64,000 bases of DNA from Antedon mediterranea. Lineage: Eukaryota > Animalia > Echinodermata. Where the stretch lies: NCBI RefSeq assembly GCF_964355755.1, contig NC_092672.1:5642001-5706000 (forward strand), in the 5' to 3' direction. The first letter of the stretch is position 1, and each line of letters starts with the position of its first letter. The position numbers and the translations under genes were made by a program. Under the pieces are notes generated by a model. That model did not search any database and was not told the DNA's origin. It was given only the letters and a program-made list of their open reading frames with translations. Shown here piece after piece: positions 10,848 to 22,400 of this stretch.

Positions 10848-12802
10848 CTAAGGATTACCAGCAATTAGCCTATCCTTTGGACAGTTAGGTGACAAAAGAG
10901 CTGTTTCAAGTTTGGCCCAGAACAATGCTTGTCTCTCTGGATGTTCTTCCCATTCGATATAAGTTGTAGTGGTCAATATCTTGTGTAAGAGTATCGGCAT
11001 TTCTTTGGGTGACACCTTCTCGATTAGTACCACGACCAATATATCTTCATGGCTGTCGAACATACGCATGCGCGTCATTTCTAGCTCGAAGTTGCACCAC
11101 TCACTTTTGGCAAAATGTTTGGAGACAACTAGCAAAACCTTGCGACTGAATTTAACGGCATTTGCGATGTTCGTAGCAATGGCTTCTCCTGGAATAAAGT
11201 CCCGATAGTCAACGCATAGTTTAAAATTTCGCTGCACCTCCAATGACGGCTGTAAGGTTTTCAGAACCCATTGTTGGTCGTTGCTGTTGTAACAGACAAA
11301 CACGTCATATCGAATGTCTTCTCCGTTGATAGGAGGAGGTCCTTGAGTGCAAAGTTGTTGATATTGCTTACGAAGGCGTCTTCGTTGATTCCAGTACCTA
11401 TATCGAAATAACATTTGTGATTTTTTTTTCAACAATTTACAAAAGATGAGTCCTTTATCTTGAGCGTTATATTTAGGACGGTACATCGACTAGAAAATTG
11501 TGGATAAAATAAATTTAATTATGGAAGATCAAACTTCAAATACTTAAAGTAGTCGACACAAAACAGTGGATACTTTTTTAATTCGTTCTATTTTTTCATA
11601 ACCTAAATTGGTTTTAGGCCTAAAAGGAATAAGAGATTTAAGGTTTATGAATACAATTAACCTCACCTTATATTAAATCTGTAGCGGTAAAGAAGTAGGC
11701 AACATATTGTAATAGCAAGCCCAGCTGAAGCAAAAGGAATTGTAATTCTTAAGATATCCAGCTTGCTGCAGTGTAGTTTATCGGGGTCAAAATCCAATAT
11801 TTTCTTTCTATAAGGTGTGCTACAATTTGTATGGCTAATGTCTTGAATTTTAACATTCGTTGTCCCAATCCATTTCCTAAACCACACTAAATTGCAGTCA
11901 CAGCTAAATTTATTGTACGCCACATTGAGAAATTGTAATTGAGTCATATTTTGGAGTCCAACATCTTCTTCGATTGTAGTTAACAGGTTGTCATTTAGAG
12001 TCATTCGTTGTAATCCGGATAAGCCTTTAAATGCTTGTGGTGGTATACTGCTAATCTTATTAGACTGTAAATATAAGTATTTAAGAAGTAGTAAATTTTG
12101 GAAAGTGCCGGAGTTTATATATTTGATAGCGTTTTTTGTAAGATCAATTTTGATTAGGTTTTTGCAATGAGTAAATACCTCAGGATGTATTGTGCTTAAT
12201 CCGCAATCTGGTAGTTGCAATTCTAATAAAGAAAAGAGATCATCAAACCAAGGCAGGAGTTTACCCAAGTAGCCGTTTTTTGCCATACTTAAAAATGTCA
12301 ATTTATGCAAGCCACGAAATGCATTGATTTCAACTTTGTTATACTTTAATCTGTTGGTAGTAAGATTTAAACTGTGTAGAATTGTAAAATTCCTAAAATA
12401 ATTGTTCTCCAATGACGAAATACGATTGTTTGACAAGATGTAAAACTTAGCATCAGTTGGAACTTTATCTTGTAGTGGAAGCGATGTCAATTGTTTGTCT
12501 GAACAATCCACGTTGTGACTGTAGCGGTATTCCGTTTCTGTTTTACAATATAAGCATTCACATTTCTCGGGACATCTAATATCTGATGGAATTCGACCAC
12601 CATTAGGGTTGATGACACAGCACGTTACATTACCGTCGGATGTAAATGTACAGTTGGTGGGAACCGTGTAAAGCTCAGAATGAGCAGTTGCCAAAACAAC
12701 GAAGAGTATCATATAGCGCAACATAACCATATAACCATACGAAAAAAAATGTAATAAACGAGAAAACATACGCACAACAGTAATAACTGATGATGAATAC
12801 AT
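10848..12802 (-). CDS. Short Toll-like receptor copy C (intact; exons 12802-11667 and 11397-10848; ~561 aa, start codon uncertain)
   Basis: Same architecture; donor AG|GTGAG at 11667, TAG acceptor before 11397, 550-nt TIR exon in frame. Confidence 0.92.
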
Positions 12803-13744
12803 GATAAGGAAGTTAATGTTGGAATTTATGAGTTAATGTTGGTTTGTAAATTGTTCATGAATCACTTCACAATCAAGATCGCAATAAGGAAGTTTACAAT
12901 TTCACAATTTTCAAGGAGAAAATTATTATCAGGGAAAATCAGTAGTAAAATGATAACATCATAGCTGATTATAGGCCTGCTGTAACCGATAAGTCTGTAT
13001 TTATTGTATTTTTTATGTTAGTCCACCAGGCAGTCGGCGTTTCGATTTTTGTCTGAAAATACGAACTCATGTTTTATACGTATGAAGCGCCATATGTGTC
13101 AAAATATTTATATTTTTACTAATTTCAGTCTAGAATCCAGACTAGCGATGCATCAACAATTATTACTATTTCCTGTCTTTATTAACAATTTACAGTATAT
13201 CTCAGTTGGTATTGTACCTCCCTTATTTCCGCCTTAAGGGTAGAAAAAGTTCACAAACATTTATGCAACTTACTTTTATACTTGGTTCAAAATGGAGTAT
13301 TGTTAGTAATTTTATCCCGCATATGATACCTAATTCTGACGTGCCCTTAAATACATGATTTCCTTCTCTTGACAATTTTAAGATCAAACAAAACAACACA
13401 TTCATGAGCGTCTCAAAACTAGGCCTATATGGTAAATTCAATGTTTGTTATGGCCGAGACTTTTTACAGAATGTTTTTTATTACATTTAAAAAACTAAAA
13501 ACGTAACATATCCCCGTGTTAATAACGCATCAGTGTCCACAATTTCTATCTCTAAACTAACAAGGCTATATACATGGCTGCAGTCGCGTGCGCAAATTTT
13601 AATTTGTGTTTACCGACCAACCGACCGACCGACCGTTCAACCGACATAGTGAGATGTAGAGTGGCGTTTGCACGCGACTACACTTTTACGCTGACTGCAA
13701 CTCTACAAAATGAAATGTAGTCTTTTTTAATCATTATTTTTTCT

Positions 13745-15547
13745 TTAGGGGATACCACCAAGAAGCCTATCCTTTGGACAGTTAGGCGATAAAAGAGCTG
13801 TTTCAAGCTTGGCCCAGAACAATGCTTGTCTCCCTGGATGTTCTTCCCATTCTATATACGTTTTCTTCGTCAATATCTTGTGCAAGAGTATCGGCATGTC
13901 TTTGGGTGACACCTTCTCAATTAGTACAACGACCAAGATATCTTCATGCTTGTCGAACATACGCATGCGCGCCATCTCTAGTTCAAAGTTGCACCACTCA
14001 CTTTTGGCAAAATGTTTGGAGACAACTAACAAAACCTTACGACTGAATTTAACAGCGTTCGCAATGTTTGTAACGATTGCTTCTCCTGGGAGAAAGTCAC
14101 GATAGTCAACGCATAATTTGAAATTTCGCTCCACCTCCAACGATGGCTGTAAAACATCTAGGACCCATTGTATGTCTTTGCTGTTGTAACAGACAAAAAC
14201 GTCATACCGAATATCTTCTCCGTTGATTGGAGGAGGCCCTTGGTTGCAAATTCGCTGGTATTGTTTGCGAAGGCGTCGTTGTTGATTCCAGTACCTTCAT
14301 TGAAATAAATGTATGATTTGTTAATGATTTACAAAATGTGAGCATCGGTTTTATTATCTCTTATATTATACCTATTGAGCAAATTGTGGATAAACTTGAA
14401 CATGTATTAAAATATAACCGATTCCTTTAGTAATTCGTTGATTTTTTTTCTCATAAAATACATTTTTTTTAAACAGGTAAAAAACAATTCATTAATCTCA
14501 CCTTAAATGAAATCTGTAACGGTAAAGAAGCACACCGCATATTGTGATACCAAGCACAGCTGAAGCAGAAGGAATTGTAATTCTTAAGATTCTATCCAAC
14601 TTGCTGCAGTGTAGTTTATTGGGATCAAAATCCAGTATTTTCTTGTATTCTTTACTATCTGGAAATTGTCTACATCCTGTATGGCTGGGCTGATCAATTG
14701 TAACATTCGTTGTCCCAATCCATTTTATAAACCACATTAAATCACAGTCACACATGAATGTATTGTATGCAACATTTAGAATCTGTAATTGAGTCAGATT
14801 TTGAAGTCCCACATCTTCAGTGATTGTAGAGAGGAGGTTGTCATTTATAGACATTCGTTGTAATTTGGATGACCCTTTAAATGCTTGTGGTGCTATACTG
14901 GTAATCTTATTGTTGTTTAGATATAAATATTTAAGATCTGATAAATTATGGAAAGTTCCGGACTGAATATATTTTATAGAGTTTCTTGTAAGATCAACTT
15001 TTATTAGGTTTTTGCAGTAATTAAATACATTAGGATATATTGTGGTTAATCCACATTGCGGTAGAAACAGCATTTCTAAAGACACGAGATCGTCAAACCA
15101 AGGCAGGAGTTTACCCAAATAATCGTTTTTATCCATACTTAAAAATCTCAAATTATACAAGCCACGAAATGCATTAATACCAATGGTGTTGTACTTCAAG
15201 TTGTTGAAAATAAGATTCAAAGTGCGTAGAAATATTAATCCTTTAAAAGAATTGTTCTCCAACGATGAAATACGATTGTATGACATTGTGTAAAACACGA
15301 CATCAGTTGGAATTGTATCTTGTGATGGAAGCGATGTCATTTGATTGTATGAACAATTCACGTTGTGATTGTAGTAGTCTTCCGTTTCTGTTTTACAATA
15401 TAACGAACAGTTACATTTCTCGGGGCATCTAATATCTGCTGGAGTATCATTAGGATCGTAATTGTAGCACGTTAAATTATCCCCAAATGACGTACCGCTG
15501 TACACTGTCTCAAAACCAAGGACAATTATTATCAAACAACGCAACAT
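13745..15547 (-). CDS. Short Toll-like receptor copy D (intact; exons 15547-14502 and 14294-13745; ~531 aa)
   Basis: LRR ORF 14498-15547 plus 550-nt TIR exon read without stops (DYRDFLPG, SEWCNFEL, LFW). Confidence 0.92.
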
Positions 15548-16265
15548 CTTCTTCTTATTAACAATGCAAAATTATTGCAGTGGGAATTCAAAGATTAGAA
15601 AACCCAATCATTCGTTGTAAAATAGGAAAACAGTAAATTCAGGTGTCGAAACAAAACTATATTTGCTTTATTTATCACTTCCGTAAAATAATGTTAACAA
15701 TTTCACCTTGTCTCTAGCACCATTAGCGTTTCAGCATCCTATTTGGAAAATGTGAGAGAAATAAAGACTTGTTCCTTGTGTATTGCTTAGTGTATTAGTA
15801 GCAGAACAAAGAAGCAGAAACTAAAACTAGAAAATAAAAACTGTATTGTTGTTTACATTAAAGTAACAAATCTACTTGATAATAGCTTACATATCTCTTT
15901 ATTATCAAATGAAAGCCTTTATGTCCTAAAAAGGCTTCAAATCGCAAATTCGTGAGCGTCATAAAAGTACGGTATTTATTTTATTTACAAATAAATAACA
16001 CAAACAATAAGAAGTATGCTGGAAAAGGTACAATATATGAAATAGTAAACTTAATAGCAAATGCGTAAATTACGTAATTTCAAAGTTAAATATCATGACG
16101 TTTATACAAAAAAGTTTATAATGTAAATGTATCAACGTTTTAATAAGACATCAGTGTGCACAATTTAAATATTATCTCGAACTAAGATCTACGCTAATCT
16201 TCAAACTACAATTATAACTCTACAAAAATACAACATATGAAAAAGTAGCTTTGTCCATATTGTTT

Positions 16266-17838
16266 CTAAGGGTTACCAGCAAGAAGTCTATCCTTTGGAC
16301 AGTTTGGTGACAAAAGAGCTGTTTCAAGCTTGGCCCAGAACAATGCTTGTCTCTCTGGATGTTCTTCCCATTCGATATAAGTTGTAGTGGTCAATATCTT
16401 GTGTAAGAGTATCGGCATTTCTCTTTGGGTGACACCTTCTCAATTAGTACCACGACCAATATATCTTCATGGCTGTCGAACATACGCATGCGCGCCATTT
16501 CTAGCTCGAAGTTGCACCACTCACTTTTGGCAAAATGTTTGGAGACAACTAACAAAACCTTGCGACTGAATTTAACAGCATTTGCAATGTTCGTAGCAAT
16601 TGCTTCTCCTGGAATAAAGTCCCGATAGTCAACGCATAGTTTAAAATTCCGCTGCACCTCCAACGATGGCTGTAAGGTTTTAAGAACCCAGTGTTGGTCG
16701 TTGCTGTTGTAACAGACAAACACGTCATAACGAATGTCTTCTCCGTTGATAGGAGGAGGTCCTTGGTTGCAAATTCGCTTATATTGTTTGCGAAGGTGCC
16801 GTTGTTGATTCCAGTAGTCCAGTACCTTCATTCAAATTTAAAAACATATTTAGAACCGTACATCAACTAGCAAATTGTGGAAAATATAAAATTTATTATT
16901 ATTAAAGACTTAAATTAGTTGTATATAGTACAAATAAATAATACAAAAATGCTTTTGTTAGAATTAAGGTTTATGGATACAATTTATTAATCTCACCTTA
17001 AATGAAATCTGTATCGGTAAAGAAGCACACCGCATATTGTGATAGCAAGCACAGCTGAAGCAGAAGGAATTGTAATTCTTAAGATTCTATCCAACTTGCT
17101 GCAGTGTAGCTTATCGGGGTCAAACTCCAATATGTACTTGTATTCTTTACTATCTCGAAATAGCCTACAGTCTGTATGGTTGACGTCTTCAATTGTTACA
17201 TTCGTTGTCCCAATCCATTTTCTAAACCACACTAAATCACAGTTACACAGATATTTATTGTACGCAACATTGAGAAATTGTAATTGAGTCAGATTTTGGA
17301 GTTCAACATCTTCTTTGATTGTAGTCAGCAGGTTGTTATCTAGAGACATTCCTTGTAATTGCGATAAACCTTTAAATGCCTGTGGTGGTATACTGGTAAT
17401 TTGATTGTTGTCTAGATACAAATATTTAAGAACTGGTAAATTCTGAAATGTTCCGAAATCGATATAATTTATCAAGTTTTGGGTAAGGTCAATTTTAATT
17501 ATTTTTCTGCAATGATTAAATACCTTAGGATATATTTTTCTTAATCCACAATGTCGTATTTGCAGCATTTCTAAAGACACGAGGTCATCGAACCAAGACA
17601 GGAGTTTAGACAAATAACCGTTTTTATCCATCTGTAAAAATCTCAAATTATGCAAGCCACGAAAAGCATCAATATCAATGGTGTTGTACTTCAAGTTGTT
17701 GGAAATAAGATTTAAAGTGTCTAGAAATGTTAATTTCTGGAAAGAATTGTTCTTCAACGATGAAATAAGATTGTATTGTAATTTGTAAAACCCAACATCA
17801 GTTGGAACTGTGTCTTGTGGTGGAAGCGATGTCATTTG
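16266..17838 (-). pseudogene. Short Toll-like receptor copy E (pseudogene)
   Basis: 5' end (promoter, ATG, signal peptide, most of Cys cap) missing; LRR exon fused directly to a MITE at ~17838. TIR exon (16825-16266) has an 8-bp duplication (ccagtagtccagtac, ~16811-16825) and a 2-bp insertion at ~16421. Confidence 0.9.
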
Positions 17839-19044
17839 TTTGCGTTTACGTCCTTGCGCTGCGTTATAGTGGGAACCAAACTTAAGACTTAAAGCAAGGA
17901 AGTAGACGCACCGCAAGCGAGTTGACCAATCACAAGTAACAGTTTGGATAATCTATCGCTTGTGATTTATCATATTACTTGTGTTCCGCTAACGTCATTG
18001 CGTTGCGACCTAGTAGGAACCGAGCTTAAAGTAAAATTTAGACATAAATGTAATCGCGGATTCAATACACATCGCCTTGCTTTGTAATTATTGGTGTGTT
18101 TTTTGTTTTTTGTGTCTCTGACACATGATACTATAACGTTCGGTTTAAAAACTTTATGACTTAAAGGTCTAATCTATTTTTTAAATCATTAAAGGAACCT
18201 AATAAAATAGCAACGTTTTATTTAGGCACGTAGAGAATGAGAAGATTACTAAAGGCCTATGATACATATACACGAAAATCAACTATATTATTTATATATT
18301 TATATCCATCACACAATATAGTTATTTAAATTTGTAACGTGTTTCAATACTGTGTAAAATATTGTACAGTGTTAGCATTTTGCACACACCACCATCCACG
18401 GAAATCGTATGTCCAGTATTATATTTTATACCACCCTAATACTATTGTAATAAATACTACTATCTGTATACTATTAGATAAATAGACTTTGAATAGAAAA
18501 AATAGTGTGAAGACAATGACTTTAGTGTGACACGACACGCAAAAGAGAAAAAAGTTAGTAGCACTAATCAAAATAAAATTTCAACTAAATATTACATATA
18601 TAATTGAGTTGTAAAACCAAGAAATACCGTAACAAAATATAAATATAGTTCATACACTAAGTATTTGTATTTAAAGTGTAATTGATTTTAGTCTCAGAAA
18701 GAGAGGATATTTTATTAAGCAATAGTACAAAGTGACTGTAGCACACCAAATTGACAATAATAATGTCTGTCGCTTCATCGGCACACTAAACCTTGTTACT
18801 AAATCAATCAAACCAAAGAGTAATATTCACCTACGAATTTAACTTTAAACTTGAATCTCAACATCCAGTTTATAATCTCCTCCCATTTCTGTAGACAGCT
18901 ACATTTTTTTTTTTGGATGACTAGATGATTAGAATTTCAAGGTTTATATTAACTTTAATTGACAAAAAGGAAAAAGAGCCTACACAGTAAGCATGTATTG
19001 GGAAGATAATAATTAGAATTAATAGTAATTACTCAATTACTTAA

Positions 19045-19388
19045 AGATGTATTGTCCCCCAAAATCATGAAAAATAAAGATTTTTAAAATCGGACTTTGA
19101 ATAGGCCATTTTGCAGTTTTAATGAAGTTGTTCACTTCCATAAGAAAAAAAACGGGGGAAAAAATTATTTCACCTATAAAAAGACAAAATAAACAGTTAA
19201 ATTACCCAAAAACTCATTGTCTTCGAGACAATTTGACCATTTTTTCCTTTAAATTACATTTTTCTCAGGTAAATACATTTTTTTCAGACCCAATTTTTTG
19301 TGAGAGTGAATAACTATTATGTGACATTAAAATAACATATTCAACAAAAAACATTTAAAAAATATTTTTTTAGGGGGACAATATATCT
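19045..19388. mobile_element. TTAA-flanked MITE (Kolobok/piggyBac-type target); inverted second copy ~48469-48803
   Basis: ttaa|agatgtattgtccccc...gggggacaatatatct|ttaa; absent from the paralogous block at ~10775. Confidence 0.85.
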
Positions 19389-19473
19389 TTAATTAATAAT
19401 TATTAATCCATGATAATATTAATTAGGTCACACCCAATGGCCTTCATGGTAGTCAGTCTGACAATCATATCTT

Positions 19474-22400
19474 CTACTCCTTAACAATAAGGGGTTTGTA
19501 ATCTGGTGATGTGGCCTGTGTTAGTAAGTCAGCATACATATCATGACGTCCAGTCATCTAAACAAAATGGAAGTGCATATATGATATATTATATATTGAA
19601 TAGTACACGTATACAGTAAAGATGACATAGCATATACAGTATGGTATATAGTACACCAGTGACATATTGTATATAGAATAGTACACGTATACAGTAAAGA
19701 TGACATAGCATATACAGTATGGTATATAGTACACCAGTGACATATTGTATATAGAATAGTACACGTATACAGTAAAGATGGCATAGCATATACAGTATGG
19801 TATATAGTACACCAGTGACATATTGTATATAGAATAGTACACGTATACAGTAAAGATGACATAGCATATACAGTATGGTATATAATACACATGCGGTATA
19901 TTGAATATAGAATAGTACACGTATACAGTAAAGATGACATAGCATATACAGTATGGTATATAGTACACCAGTGACATATTGTATATAGAATAGTACACGT
20001 ATACAGTAAAGATGACATAGCATATACAGTATGGTATATAGTACACCAGTGACATATTGTATATAGAATAGTACACGTATACAGTAAAGATGGCATAGCA
20101 TATACAGTATGGTATATAGTACACCAGTGACATATTGTATATAGAATAGTACACGTATACAGTAAAGATGGCATAGCATATACAGTATGGTATATAGTAC
20201 ACCAGTGACATATTGTATATAGAATAGTACACGTATACAGTAAAGATGACATAGCATATACAGTATGGTATATAGTACACCAGTGACATATTGTATATAG
20301 AATAGTACACGTATACAGTAAAGATGACATAGCATATACAGTATGGTATATAATACACATGCGGTATATTGAATATAGAATAGTACACGTATACAGTAAA
20401 GATGACATAGCATATACAGTATGGTATATAGTACACCAGTGACATATTGTATATAGAATAGTACACGTATACAGTAAAGATGGCATAGCATATACAGTAT
20501 GGTATATAGTACACCAGTGACATATTGTATATAGAATAGTACACGTATACAGTAAAGATGGCATAGCATATACAGTATGGTATATAGTACACCAGTGACA
20601 TATTGTATATAGAATAGTACACGTATACAGTAAAGATGACATAGCATATACAGTATGGTATATAGTACACCAGTGACATATTGTATATAGAATAGTACAC
20701 GTATACAGTAAAGATGACATAGCATATACAGTATGGTATATAGTACACCAGTGACATATTGTATATAGAATAGTACACGTATACAGTAAAGATGACATAG
20801 CATATACAGTATGGTATATAATACACATGCGGTATATTGAATATAGAATAGTACACGTATACAGTAAAGATTACATAGCATATACAGTATGGTATATAGT
20901 ACACCAGTGACATATTGTATATAGAATAGTACACGTATACAGTAAAGATGGCATAGCATATACAGTATGGTATATAGTACACCAGTGACATATTGTATAT
21001 AGAATAGTACACGTATACAGTAAAGATGGCATAGCATATACAGTATGGTATATAGTACACCAGTGACATATTGTATATAGAATAGTACACGTATACAGTA
21101 AAGATGACATAGCATATACAGTATACAAATAATGAATGTTTATTAGTGCAATGGTACAAATAATGGCACGAGGTGAATGATGAAAGGTTATATCAACGAG
21201 GCAAAGCCGAGTTGATATAACCTTTCATCATTCACCAAGTGCCATTATTTGTACCATTACACGAATACAAAACATTCATTATTTGTTTTATATAACATCT
21301 AAATAAATTCTAGTTATTTGAATCAAATAAAAGGTAGCCCTACCTAGCCAAAGCTTACTACATTTCATTCACACACATTTGATTAAAAACAGTAACATTT
21401 GGTTTTTAATAATGTTATATTAAATGTTATATTTATATGGATTTCGTAAACACACCTACTTTTGTGTTAATTATGTCAACAAACGACCAAACAATCCTAG
21501 GCCTAGCAAGGCTAAAACGCCTAAGCTAGGCCTAGCCTAATACTAGCATGGCCTAGGCTAGACCTAGTAGCCTCAGTACTAGCTTGGCTGAAAGGCAAAA
21601 CTTCGACAGACAATTGGAACTTATCTAAGCTAATTATGGTTTTTCCAACAATTCGACGTCTTGTAGGGATGTCCCCATTAATTAATCAAAATCCTAAAAA
21701 CGATCTAAAGCTAATTTAAATGCCTTTTTGAATGAAATTAGTACATAATGTCCAAATCGTACACAAATATCTGCTGCTGTTGCATATCTCGCGGTGGTGT
21801 TTACAAATGAAACTCAGACCAGACGACAGGTGGCGCTGTTGTATTTCACAGTACATAGCCATATCATAGGATAATTTGTGTACTAGATTTTTTTTCATCC
21901 GCGAGACGTTTTTTTTTTCGTACACAAAAATGTTTCAAGAAGTACTATTTAACGATCGTTGAATAGTGCGTACTATTGCACGCCATGTGACCCACATTCG
22001 TCCAATCAAATGACAGGAATTTATATAGGTGTTATATAATATGGTATATAATACACATGCGGTATATTGAATATAGAATAGTACACGTATACAGTAAAGA
22101 TGACATAGCATATACAGTATGGTATATAGTACACCAGTGACATATTGTATATAGAATAGTACACGTATACAGTAAAGATGGCATAGCATATACAGTATGG
22201 TATATAGTACACCAGTGACATATTGTATATAGAATAGTACACGTATACAGTAAAGATGGCATAGCATATACAGTATGGTATATAGTACACCAGTGACATA
22301 TTGTATATAGAATAGTACACACATACAGTAAAGATGACATAGCATATACAGTATGGTATATAGTACACCAGTGACATATTGTATATAGAATAGTACACGT

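Noticed and set aside
16993-17916. 307-aa ORF as an intact LRR gene
   Set aside because: Its first ~26 codons come from a MITE with a GTG start; no signal peptide; downstream TIR exon is frameshifted.
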